Shown here piece by piece: positions 10,562 to 19,843 of a DNA stretch of 64,000 nucleotides. This DNA comes from an uncultured delta proteobacterium (GTDB taxonomy: Bacteria; Myxococcota; Myxococcia; Myxococcales; Myxococcaceae), in assembly GCA_963796055.1 (NCBI GenBank), contig CAWCKH010000004.1:512001-576000 (forward strand), in the 5' to 3' direction. The position numbers and the translations under genes are program-made. Under the pieces are notes generated by a model. It saw only the letters and a program-made list of their open reading frames with translations. It did not search any database and was not told the origin of the DNA. Each line of letters starts with the position of its first letter. The stretch's first letter is position 1.

Positions 10562-12832
10562 TCAGGCCGGCTGCAGGAACCGGGCGATGACCCGCTTCAG
10601 CCCCACGGTCCGGAAGCGCACCGTGAGCTTGGCATTGGGGCCCGAGCCGTCGCAGGCCATCACCTCGCCCTCGCCGAACTGGGCGTGACGCACGCGCATC
10701 CCGACCACCGAGCCCTCCTCCATGTACGCCGCGTCCTGGGCGTAGCTGCGGTCGATGCGCGGACCGGTGTCCTCACGGGGCCGGCGCTCGGCCCGCCCGT
10801 ACGACGGCTCGGGCGGCGGAGCGCGCAGCTCGGGCTGGAAGTCGAACAGCTCCTTGGGAACCTCGCGGAGGAAGCGGGACGGTGGATTGAAGCGCAGCTC
10901 GCCGAAGAGCGAGCGGGCCTGCGCCAGCGATACCAATAAACGCTTCCGGGCGCGGGTGAAGCCGACGTAGCAGAGGCGGCGCTCCTCCCCCATCTCCTCG
11001 TCGTCGCCGAACTCGTCCAGCGCCCGCTGGTGCGGGAAGACGCCATCCTCCATCCCCGGGAGGAACACCGCGTCGAACTCCAGGCCCTTGGCAGCGTGGA
11101 GCGTCATCAACGAGACGCGCCCTTCGCCGGCCTCGGCATCGGCCTCGGCCACCAGGCTGATCTGCTCCAGGAAGGCCTGCAGCGGGGGGGCCTCTGCCTC
11201 GAGCGACTCGGGACCGGGCGCCGGGCGGGCCGCGCGCTGCAGGTCGAACTCCTGGGCAGCGCCCACGAACTCGCGCAGGTTCTCGGCGCGCCCGAGCGAC
11301 TCGTCGTCTCCTGCCTCCACCAGCGACTCGACCAGCCGCGTCTCCTGGAGCATCCGCTCCAGCGCCGCCGCGGCCGACGGCGCCTCGACCGCAAACTGGA
11401 CCAGCGGCTCCATCAGGGAGCGAAACCCGCGGAGCCGCTTCTGCGCCGCCGCCTGGAGCGTGGGGATGGACTCCACCTGATCCAGCGCCTCCCAGAGGGA
11501 GATGCCCTGGTCCGCGGCCCAGGCGCTCAGCCGCTCCTGCGTCGTGTCCCCGATGGCCCGGGCCGGCACGTTGACGACGCGAAGCAGGTCCGCGTCCGAA
11601 CGGGGGTTGGCCATGAGCCGGAGGTAGGACGCCGCATCCTTGATCTCCACCCGCTCGTAGAAGCTGCGCCCGCTCACCAGGGTGTACGGGACCCGCGACA
11701 GCCGCAGCGCCTCCTCCAGGACCCGGCTCTGGGCGTTCACCCGGAAGAAGATGGCCATCTGGTCGTAGGAGACGAAGTCCTCCTGGTGCAGGGCGTGGAT
11801 CCGCCGGGCGATCTCGTGCCCCTCCTCCCGCTCGTCGCGGGAGATGAGGAGATGGAGCAGCTCACCCTTGGGGCGGTCGGTCCACAGCCGCTTGGGCATC
11901 CGGCGTGGATTCTGGGCGATGACCGCGTTGGCGGCGTCGAGGATGTTCCCGTCGCTCCGGTAGTTCTGCTCCAGCTTCACCACCCGGGCGCCGCGATAGA
12001 GGTCGGGGAAGCCGAGGATGTTGCTCACCTCGGCCCCGCGCCAGCGGTAGATGGACTGGTCGTCGTCGCCGACCACGACCAGGTTCGACCCCGGTGGCGG
12101 GGCAATCTGCTGCAAGAGCTCGTACTGGACGGGGTTGGTGTCCTGGAACTCGTCGACCAGCACGTGCTGGAACCGCGCCCGGTACTTCTCCAGCGTCTCG
12201 GGGTCCTTGCGGAGCAGCTCCACCAGGAGCAACAGGAGATCGCCGAAGTCCACCGCGTTCGCCGCGCGAAGCAGCTTCTGGTAGGCGCGGTAGGCCCGCT
12301 GCACGGCGAGGCCGCGGTAGTCGTCAGGCGAGACGCGCTCCACGTCGGGGCCGCGCCCGGCGTTCTTCTCCACGTCGATGCGTCGGGCCACGTCGCGCGG
12401 GTTGAGCACCGGGTCCACCCGCTCCTCGCGCATCGCCCGCTTCACCAGCTGGAGCTGATCCGCATCGTCGTAGATGACAAAGGAGCGGGTGAGCCCGACC
12501 TTCTCCGCCTCGCGCCGGAGGATCGTCGCCGCCGCGGAGTGGAAGGTGGCCACGTTCAGGTCGGAGGCCCAGGGTCCGAGCAGCGTCTCGAGCCGCTCGC
12601 GCATCTCGCGGGCGGCCTTGTTGGTGAAGGTGACGGCCAGGATGCGCCAGGGCGGCACGCGTCGGGCGAGGACCAGATGGGCCACCCGCCGGGTGATGAC
12701 CCGCGTCTTCCCCGAGCCGGCGCCGGCGAGGACCAGGAGCGGTCCCTCACCATGGAGCACGGCCTCACGCTGGGGCGGGTTGAGGTCCTCGAGGAGCTGA
12801 TCGGCAGACTGGAGCGGCGACGGCCCGGACAT
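10562..12832 (-). CDS. pcrA: UvrD/PcrA-family SF1 DNA helicase
   Basis: LNPPQREAV, AGAGSGKT, VDEFQDTN, GDDDQSIYRWRGA, LEQNYRS, TLHAAKGLEF, EERRLCYVGFTRA and the C-terminal Tudor-like VRHAQFGEG. Confidence 0.93.
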   Translation of the reverse strand: MSGPSPLQSADQLLEDLNPPQREAVLHGEGPLLVLAGAGSGKTRVITRRVAHLVLARRVPPWRILAVTFTNKAAREMRERLETLLGPWASDLNVATFHSAAATILRREAEKVGLTRSFVIYDDADQLQLVKRAMREERVDPVLNPRDVARRIDVEKNAGRGPDVERVSPDDYRGLAVQRAYRAYQKLLRAANAVDFGDLLLLLVELLRKDPETLEKYRARFQHVLVDEFQDTNPVQYELLQQIAPPPGSNLVVVGDDDQSIYRWRGAEVSNILGFPDLYRGARVVKLEQNYRSDGNILDAANAVIAQNPRRMPKRLWTDRPKGELLHLLISRDEREEGHEIARRIHALHQEDFVSYDQMAIFFRVNAQSRVLEEALRLSRVPYTLVSGRSFYERVEIKDAASYLRLMANPRSDADLLRVVNVPARAIGDTTQERLSAWAADQGISLWEALDQVESIPTLQAAAQKRLRGFRSLMEPLVQFAVEAPSAAAALERMLQETRLVESLVEAGDDESLGRAENLREFVGAAQEFDLQRAARPAPGPESLEAEAPPLQAFLEQISLVAEADAEAGEGRVSLMTLHAAKGLEFDAVFLPGMEDGVFPHQRALDEFGDDEEMGEERRLCYVGFTRARKRLLVSLAQARSLFGELRFNPPSRFLREVPKELFDFQPELRAPPPEPSYGRAERRPREDTGPRIDRSYAQDAAYMEEGSVVGMRVRHAQFGEGEVMACDGSGPNAKLTVRFRTVGLKRVIARFLQPA

Positions 12833-12934
12833 CGGAGCCGGGCACCCTCTCATTCCTGCCGCCTGGATTCCAGCCGAGGCCTTCGCCGGCGGTTGGAGGC
12901 ACTCCGGATCGCGGTGTCCTGAGCCCCGGCCGAG

Positions 12935-14197
12935 CTAGGCACGCGCCGGACGACCGAAGACCAGGACGGTGTTGGTGCCGCCGAAGCCGAAGGAGAGGCT
13001 CATCACCACCTCGAGCCGAGCCTCGCGCGCCCGGTTCGGGACGTAGTCGAGGTCGCACTCCGGATCCGGGTCCTGCTGGTTGATGGTGGGAGGCATCACC
13101 CCGTGCATCAGGGTGAGCACGCTGAAGGCGGCCTCGACGCTTCCGGCCGCCCCCAGCAGGTGGCCGGTCATCGACTTGGTGGAGCTCACCGGGAGGCGAC
13201 GGGCACGGTCCCCGAAGGCCGATTTCAAGGCCCGGGTCTCGTGGACGTCGTTGAGCGGGGTCGAGGTCCCGTGGGCATTCACGTAGGACACCTTCTCCGC
13301 GTCGAGCCCGGCGTCGCGAAGGGCCTCACGGATGCAGCGCGCTGCCGGGGCTCCGTCCTCGGTCGGCTGGGTGAGGTGATGGGCGTCGGCATTGGCGGCA
13401 TATCCGGCGACCTCGGCGAGGATGGGCGCTCCCCGGTGTCGGGCACGCTCCTCCTCCTCGAGCACCAGGACCCCCGCCCCTTCGCCGAGGACGAAGCCGT
13501 CCCGCCCTCGATCGAACGGGCGACTGGCTCCCTGGGGATCGTGGTTCCGGGCGGAGAGCACGTTCATCGCCTCGAAGCCGCCGATCCCCAGCGGGGTGAC
13601 CGCGGCCTCGGAGGCACCGGCGATGACCGCATCGCTCCGGCCGGTCCGGATCGACCACAGCGCTTCACCGATCGCGTGGGATCCGCTCGAGCAGGCCGCC
13701 ACCGGCGCGTAGTTGGGGCCGGCAGCTCCGTGGCGAATGCTCACCAGACCGGCGGCGGTGTTGGAGAGTATTTGCAGCACGAACATCGGCGAGAGGCGGT
13801 CGAACCCCGTGCGGAGCGCCTTCTCGTGCGCCACCTCCGCCGAGGCCAGACCGCCGATCCCCGAGCCGAGGATGACGCCCACCCTTTCGGGCAGGTAGCT
13901 GCTCGCTCCTCCGGAACCGATGGTCAAACCGCTCGCCCGGACCGCCATCTCCGACGCGGCGACCGCGAGCTGGACGTAGCGATCGACCCGGCGCGCCTCC
14001 CGCCTGTCCATCCACGCCAGAGGATCGAAATCCTTCACCTCCCCGGCGATCCGTGTCTTCAGCTTCCCGGGGTCGAACCGGGTGAGGGGGCCCACCCCGG
14101 ACTTGCCGGCGACCAGCGCTGCCCAGGTGGCCTCCACCCCCGTCGCCAGGGGGGTGACCAGCCCGAGACCAGTGACCACGACTCTTCGTCCTCCCAT
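12935..14197 (-). CDS. fabF: Beta-ketoacyl-ACP synthase II
   Basis: RRVVVTGLG, catalytic AACSSG, NAHGTST, GHLLGAAG and SFGFGGTN. Confidence 0.93.
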   Translation of the reverse strand: MGGRRVVVTGLGLVTPLATGVEATWAALVAGKSGVGPLTRFDPGKLKTRIAGEVKDFDPLAWMDRREARRVDRYVQLAVAASEMAVRASGLTIGSGGASSYLPERVGVILGSGIGGLASAEVAHEKALRTGFDRLSPMFVLQILSNTAAGLVSIRHGAAGPNYAPVAACSSGSHAIGEALWSIRTGRSDAVIAGASEAAVTPLGIGGFEAMNVLSARNHDPQGASRPFDRGRDGFVLGEGAGVLVLEEEERARHRGAPILAEVAGYAANADAHHLTQPTEDGAPAARCIREALRDAGLDAEKVSYVNAHGTSTPLNDVHETRALKSAFGDRARRLPVSSTKSMTGHLLGAAGSVEAAFSVLTLMHGVMPPTINQQDPDPECDLDYVPNRAREARLEVVMSLSFGFGGTNTVLVFGRPARA

Positions 14198-14305
14198 GGC
14201 CGGAGGCTTCACACGCGGCGCGAGGTAGATCCAGGCCAGCCCGACATGACGGCCCGCATCGACGGTCCGTCGTACCCGGAGACGTCAGATGGCGGACAGG
14301 GACCG

Positions 14306-16054
14306 CTACGGCAGGTTGTCCCAGCCGAAGCGCTCCTCGGCGAAGGCGTGGTCGGCGAGGCTCTTGATGAGCTCGTCGTCGTTGTCGTCGATCTGGCCGT
14401 AGTTGCTCTTCACCCGGCGCTCCACCTGTCCGGCGAAGACGCGGAGGATCTCCAGCTCCTTCGCCGCGCCCTCCTCGCCGAGCCGCCGCACCGACGAGTC
14501 CACCCGCGACAGGACGCAGGCCATGAGGAACAGGTCGATCATGATGTCCGCCAGTCGCTGGGTGGCGAGCTGCCTGTCGGCGATGCGCTTGCCGTGCTTG
14601 CGCAGGATGCGGTCGGCGGCGGTGGCCAGCTCCCGGGTGTGCTCCTCGAACGCCTCTCCCTCGGCCTTGAGCGCCGGGCTGAGCCTGGTGAATGCGCCCC
14701 GCTCGCGCCCGACGTTGGTGGCCAGTGCCGCCCGCCGCAGCGCGTACTCACTCAGCACGCCGAAGCCCTTGATCGGGTCGTTGAGCACGCCCTTCAGGCT
14801 CGCCGCCAGGTCGGCCAGCTGCGCCCCGACGTCGTTCATCGCGGTCAGGGCGATGAACAGCCGCAGGATCTCGTTGGTCCCCTCCCAGATGCGGAAGATG
14901 CGGCAGTCGCGGAGCGCCCGCTCGTAGGGGTACTCGCGCATGTAGCCGTTGCCCCCGGCGATCTGCAGCGCCTCGTCGGTGGTGCGCCACAGCGCCTCGG
15001 TGGCGAAGACCTTGCTGATCGCCGCCTCCACTGCGTAGTCCTCGTAGCCTCCGTCCACCAGACCGGCGACCATCGCCACCGCCGACTCGGCGGCGTAGGT
15101 GTCGACCACCATGTGGCCGACCTTCTGCTTGATGAGGCCGTACTCGGAGATGGGCTTTCCGAACTGCACCCGGCCCTTCGCCTGACGGGTGGCAAGCTCG
15201 ATCATCCGCTTCATCCCTCCGATGCAGCCCCCGCCCAGGCCGCTGCGCCCGCTGTTGAGGATGCGCATCGCCACCTTGAACCCCTTCCCCACCTCGCCGA
15301 GGACGTTGGTCGCCGGCACTCGCACCCCGTCGAGGAACACCGCGGTGGTCGAGCTAGCCCGGAGCCCCATCTTGTCCTCGTGAGGACCGACGCTCACTCC
15401 CTTCATGTCCCGGGTGACGATGAAGGCGGTGAGCTTGCCCCGCTCCTCGGCCCTGCCGGTCTTGGCGAAGACGGTGAAGAAGCTGGCCAGCCCGCCATTG
15501 GTGATCCACAGCTTGCTGCCGTCGAGCACCCAGTCGTCGCCGTCGCGCACCGCGGTGGTCTTGATGTTCGCCGCATCCGATCCGGCGCCGGGCTCGGTGA
15601 GGCAGAAGGCGGCGATCATCTCCCCGGTGGCCAGCTTGGGATAGAAACGCGCCTTCTGCTCCGGGGTCCCGAAGAGGAGCAGCCCCCGCAGCCCGATGGA
15701 GCTGTGCGCCCCTACCGTCGCCGCCACCGAGCCGTCGTAGCGTGACAGCTCTTGCAGCGTGCGCGAGTAGGCCGTGCTCCCCAGCCCGAGGCCACCGACG
15801 TCCTCTGGCAGTACCAGGCCGAACAGCCCGAACTGGCGGAGCTCCTCGAGCACCGAGGCCGGGAGCTCGCCGGCCAGGTCCCAGGCGCGGAATTCCTCGT
15901 CCCGGTTCCCCAGGAACTGCTTCAGCGAGCCGAAGATCGTCCGGAGCGTCTCTCCTTCGCTGTCGGCCATCACCGGAAAGGGCAGCAGCACGTCCTCCTC
16001 GATGACCCCCATGCACAGCGAGCGCATGAAGCTGGTCGTCTCCTTGTCCGCCAT
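14306..16054 (-). CDS. Acyl-CoA dehydrogenase (VLCAD/ACAD9-like)
   Basis: AFCLTEPGAGSDA, GSKLWITNG, KMGLRAS, RVQFGKPI, RIFRIWEGTNEILR plus a C-terminal extension. Confidence 0.93.
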   Translation of the reverse strand: MADKETTSFMRSLCMGVIEEDVLLPFPVMADSEGETLRTIFGSLKQFLGNRDEEFRAWDLAGELPASVLEELRQFGLFGLVLPEDVGGLGLGSTAYSRTLQELSRYDGSVAATVGAHSSIGLRGLLLFGTPEQKARFYPKLATGEMIAAFCLTEPGAGSDAANIKTTAVRDGDDWVLDGSKLWITNGGLASFFTVFAKTGRAEERGKLTAFIVTRDMKGVSVGPHEDKMGLRASSTTAVFLDGVRVPATNVLGEVGKGFKVAMRILNSGRSGLGGGCIGGMKRMIELATRQAKGRVQFGKPISEYGLIKQKVGHMVVDTYAAESAVAMVAGLVDGGYEDYAVEAAISKVFATEALWRTTDEALQIAGGNGYMREYPYERALRDCRIFRIWEGTNEILRLFIALTAMNDVGAQLADLAASLKGVLNDPIKGFGVLSEYALRRAALATNVGRERGAFTRLSPALKAEGEAFEEHTRELATAADRILRKHGKRIADRQLATQRLADIMIDLFLMACVLSRVDSSVRRLGEEGAAKELEILRVFAGQVERRVKSNYGQIDDNDDELIKSLADHAFAEERFGWDNLP

Positions 16055-16114
16055 GTGCCGTTCTCCTGGTGCGAGGGCCGTCGATGCGGCCCGATCTACC
16101 TCGCCCGGGCGGGA

Positions 16115-18907
16115 CTAGTTTCGCGACCGGCCCAGCCAGCCGGCGATGAAGGGCTCGATCTCGCCGCGGAGCACGTCCTTGAGGCGGGGGGTGGTGGTCC
16201 CGGTGCGCGGATCCTCCACCCGGGCGCCACGGCCGAAGAAGTAGTGGCGGGCCTCCACGTCCGCCGGCCCGGGGCGCACCACCAGGAACGCCAGCGAGCG
16301 CAGCTCGTCGAGAGACACTCCGCCCACCAGCTCCACCTCGCGGCCGGTCTCCTCGTCGAAGGCGCGCATCTCCGCCGTCACCCGCTCCACGTGCGTTCCG
16401 GCGCGCCGTCGCACCGAGCGACCCTGGGCGCGGAGGCCGGCCTCCGCGCCGGCGGGCCGTGGCCAGGGGTAAAGCCGGACCCGGACCACCATCCGTCGCC
16501 CGTTGACATGGCGGCGGTGAATGCCCTCTTCGCCGGCGAGAAACCCCAGCGCTCCGGGGCCGGCGAGGTGGAGCATCAGCCGTGGGGGGTGATCGGCCTC
16601 GGCCAGGGCGCTGGCCTCGTAGCCGCGGTGCGTGGCCCAGCCCTGGTACATCGCGGCCAGCTCGGCCACCCACGCCCGGTGCTCCTCGTTTTCCCGCGCC
16701 GCGGCCAGGTCGAGGATCACCTCGTCGGCGGTGCTGCCCCCGGCGGCGACCCGCGCCTCGGCGAGCTGGACCTCGCGGGCAGCGTGCTCCACCGCCCTCG
16801 CCGCGGCGGCGAGGCGGCCTTCCCCCTTGGCCTCACCGACCAGCCGCCTCGCCGACTCGCAGCTCTGCGCCAACCGATCCAGTGCCTGGAGCTCCCGGTC
16901 GACGCTCTGGAAGGAGCGCAGCAGCTGCGCCGCACGCTCCGGGTCATCCCAGAAGTCGGGAGCCTGGGTGTGGACGAGCAGCTCCGTGCGCCGCTGCTCC
17001 AGGGCAGGGCGACCGAGCGACTCCGCCACCCGGCCCGCGCGTTCCACAAGGCCCTGCGCCTCATGAAGCAAGCTCTTGCGATCGAGCCGGCGACGTCCGA
17101 CGACGGTCCCCAGCCGGGTGGTCGCCACCGCGGTGCGAGGCTCGTGCTCCAAGTGGGCCTCGGAGCGAACCACCACCGACCCTTCACTCGCCTCGACCAG
17201 GATGCGCGACCCAGGCGGGAGCGGACGCCGCACGATCTCCACCGCCACCGGCGCGGTCAGGGTGCGCTCGATCTCCCGCTGGAGGAAGCGCGCTCCGAAC
17301 TGGGCCGAGAAGCCGCGGTCGACGAGGAGGTCGATGACCTCGGGCGCCACCTCCACGTCCAGCCCCCGGAGCCGGATGCCCTCCCGCTCCAGGACCCGTC
17401 CCACCTCCCGCTGTGCGATGCGGCGGATCTCCACCTTCCCCAGCGGCCGGAAGTGGCAGATGGCGTCGAAGCGGTTGAGGAGCTCGTGTCGGAAGGCCTC
17501 GGCCAGCCGCCGGTCCGCCTCCGCGGCGAGCTCGGCGTTGGAGGGGGCGACGGCGAACCCCAGCGGGCCCTCTCGGTAGACCTCCGCTCCAGCGTTGGTG
17601 GTGACGATGATCAGGACGTTGTCGCACCGAACCAGCTCCCCGGCGGCGTTGATGAACTGACCCTCGTCGAAGAGCTGCAGGCACCGATCGTGGACCGACC
17701 GGTGGGCCTTCTCGAACTCGTCGAGGAGCAAGACGGCGAACAGCTTCCCCTCCAGCCGGCAGGTGAGCTGGCCGCGCTGGTGTTCCCGGACGGGTGACCA
17801 GGTCATCCCGAAGAGCTGAGAGGCGTCGTCCTCCTCGCCGTAGTCGGCCATGTTGACCCGGACCAGCCGTTCGGCCGAGCCGAAGACGTACTCCGCCAGC
17901 AGGCGTGCCAGATGGGTCTTTCCCACGCCGGTGGGCCCCGCGCAGAGAAAGAGGCCCAGTGGGCGCCTGGGGTCGGTGAGCCCCGCCTTGAGGAGGGCCA
18001 GGGTCCGCAGGACCGCTCTCACCGCTTCCGGCTGTCCGAGGATGCGCTCGTTGAAGTACGCCTCGGTCTGCGCGAGGTCGAGCGGGGTCGCGTCGTCGAC
18101 GAGGAAGCGCGGCAGCTGGGACACCGCGCAGAAGCGGGTGAGCACCCCCTCGGTGCCGAGGCACTCCCCTTTGCTGGCGCTGGCCTCCTCCACCGCGCCC
18201 CGGAGCAGCTCCACCGACCTCCCCGGCTCGTGCTGGGCGAGCAGGTACTTCTTCGCCAGGCGCAGGGTGAGCTCACAGGCCGCCGGCTCGATGACCATCC
18301 CCAGCTGGGTCTCGAGCTCGGCGGCCACCTGGCCGAGGATGGCCCGGGCGCGCTCCGCGGGTGGCTCGGGAACCGCCACCAGGTGCAGGAGCTCCCCCAG
18401 TCCTCCCTCCGCGCCGAGCAAGCCGTGCGCGCCGCGGGAATCGGTCTCGAGGACGAAGCGCAGCGAGCTCGAGCGGAGCGAATCGGCGAGGCTGCCGAAC
18501 AGCGGCGGGTTCAGGGCCAGCGAGGCCTCGCGAAGGGCGACGACGGTCAGTCCGGACAGCGCCTCCAATCGCTCCACCAGCGCGTTCCAGCTGTCCCCGA
18601 TCTCCTCCTCCTTTCCTGCCCGGGAGAGGAATGCGCTCAGGGAGACCTCCAGCACCCGCGCGCCTGCCAGGGGCCCGCCCTCCGGGCCGAGGGCGATGCG
18701 GCGAGCGAGGCCGTGGAGGCGAGCCGTCTTCCCAACTCCCGGCTCACCAGCGAGCAGGACGTGCTGGGCGCCCCGGGCGATGAGGGCCTGCAGGGCCGCG
18801 ACGTCTTCCTCGATGCCATGCGGGGCCGGGAGCCGCCCCTCCCGGGCGAGCTCGGTGAGGTCCCGCTCGAAGAACTTGGCCCCACTCGATGCCCCCGCCC
18901 TGGCCAT
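16115..18907 (-). CDS. ClpA/B-type double AAA+ ATPase fused to a C-terminal release-factor-2-like (PCRF/RF-1) module
   Basis: D1 GEPGVGKT; D2 GPTGVGKT, LLDEFEKAH, ELLNRFD and GARFLQR; C-terminal RF2-like PDFWDDPERA, AWVAELAAMYQGWA, FLAGEEGIHR and VEDPRTG...VLRGEIEPFI. Confidence 0.88.
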   Translation of the reverse strand: MARAGASSGAKFFERDLTELAREGRLPAPHGIEEDVAALQALIARGAQHVLLAGEPGVGKTARLHGLARRIALGPEGGPLAGARVLEVSLSAFLSRAGKEEEIGDSWNALVERLEALSGLTVVALREASLALNPPLFGSLADSLRSSSLRFVLETDSRGAHGLLGAEGGLGELLHLVAVPEPPAERARAILGQVAAELETQLGMVIEPAACELTLRLAKKYLLAQHEPGRSVELLRGAVEEASASKGECLGTEGVLTRFCAVSQLPRFLVDDATPLDLAQTEAYFNERILGQPEAVRAVLRTLALLKAGLTDPRRPLGLFLCAGPTGVGKTHLARLLAEYVFGSAERLVRVNMADYGEEDDASQLFGMTWSPVREHQRGQLTCRLEGKLFAVLLLDEFEKAHRSVHDRCLQLFDEGQFINAAGELVRCDNVLIIVTTNAGAEVYREGPLGFAVAPSNAELAAEADRRLAEAFRHELLNRFDAICHFRPLGKVEIRRIAQREVGRVLEREGIRLRGLDVEVAPEVIDLLVDRGFSAQFGARFLQREIERTLTAPVAVEIVRRPLPPGSRILVEASEGSVVVRSEAHLEHEPRTAVATTRLGTVVGRRRLDRKSLLHEAQGLVERAGRVAESLGRPALEQRRTELLVHTQAPDFWDDPERAAQLLRSFQSVDRELQALDRLAQSCESARRLVGEAKGEGRLAAAARAVEHAAREVQLAEARVAAGGSTADEVILDLAAARENEEHRAWVAELAAMYQGWATHRGYEASALAEADHPPRLMLHLAGPGALGFLAGEEGIHRRHVNGRRMVVRVRLYPWPRPAGAEAGLRAQGRSVRRRAGTHVERVTAEMRAFDEETGREVELVGGVSLDELRSLAFLVVRPGPADVEARHYFFGRGARVEDPRTGTTTPRLKDVLRGEIEPFIAGWLGRSRN

Positions 18908-18967
18908 GCGCGGGCAGTCTAGACGACCGCGACCCCGGGGTGAGTCTCTCGGGTCCCCTAGAAGGAG

Positions 18968-19680
18968 TCACAGTGACGCCAGGAAGGCGAGGAACGCCGC
19001 CCGGTCCTGGGCGTTCAGGGAGTCGAAGCGCTTCCGGCTCTCCTCCGCCTCGACGTGGTGCGCCTGGATTGCAGCGACCGGATCGACCGCGCGTCCATCG
19101 TGCATGAGCCTGGAGCGGACCCGGAGACCCCAGAGAGCCGCGGTGCGCAGCTTGTTCAGGGGGGCCCCACCCTGGGGGATTCCGTCGGCCGTCCCGACGT
19201 CGTGGAGCAGGAAATCGCCGTAGGGATGGAAGACCTCCTTCCTGGTGAACAGCGTCGGCACGTGGCAGGAACCGCAGCCCATCTCCAGGAAGACCCGCTC
19301 GCCGGCGCGGACCTGGTTCGAGCCGGCAGCCGCCGAGCGGGGGGGCGCCGTGGTGGCTCGCATGAAGCGGGCATAGGCGTCGATGTCCTCGGACCCATCC
19401 TCGTCGACGTCCTCGAACGGTGGCTTCTGCCCACCGGTGAAGAGTCGATTGGTCACGCCCTTCTCCCCGAATTCGCCATCGCCGGCAAAGCTGAGCAGAG
19501 AGGCGTGCTGGCACTTCCAGCCGAAGCGTCCCACGCGGCGCACGCCGGGTGTTTCCAGAACGGCGACCTCGACCACCTGGCCGCCGTTGGCGCGTGCCAG
19601 CGCCCGGAGCTCGTCGTCGGGGACGTCTTCCACGAAGCCGAGGCCGAGCAGGCTGGTGGAGACGCGCAGGCTGAAGGGGG
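18968..19680 (-). pseudogene. C-terminal half of a dihaem oxidoreductase (DHOR-like); N-terminus missing
   Basis: LLGLGFVEDVPD, GRFGWK, CGSCHVP, YGDFLLHDVG, LRTAALWGL and MHDGRA. Only one CxxCH and no signal peptide. Confidence 0.7.
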
Positions 19681-19793
19681 TGCTGGCCGGAGCGACCAAC
19701 CCATTGGGCTGGTCCACCGTTCTCATCTACGGCTTGCTCGCCGCCGGCTTCTGGTACTTTGGCTTCGGCAAGCGGGGAACGCCGGCGACCTGA
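19677..19793 (+). pseudogene. C-terminal remnant of a small membrane protein
   Basis: GVLAGATNPLGWSTVLIYGLLAAGFWYFGFGKR-stop reads as a terminal TM helix; it has no start of its own and abuts the DHOR remnant on the opposite strand. Confidence 0.4.
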
Positions 19794-19843
19794 CCGCCGG
19801 AGGTCCAGGTCGCGAAGGAGTCGAGCGCAGTCCCTGGGCGTCG

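Noticed and set aside
12935..16054. fabF plus acyl-CoA dehydrogenase as a type II PKS cluster
   Set aside because: No ACP, chain-length factor or cyclase adjacent; FabF has the ordinary Cys-His-His triad.
16115..17070. Calling the RF-like region prfB, or a programmed-frameshift RF2
   Set aside because: It is in frame with the AAA+ domains and lacks GGQ, SPF and the CTT-TGA frameshift site.
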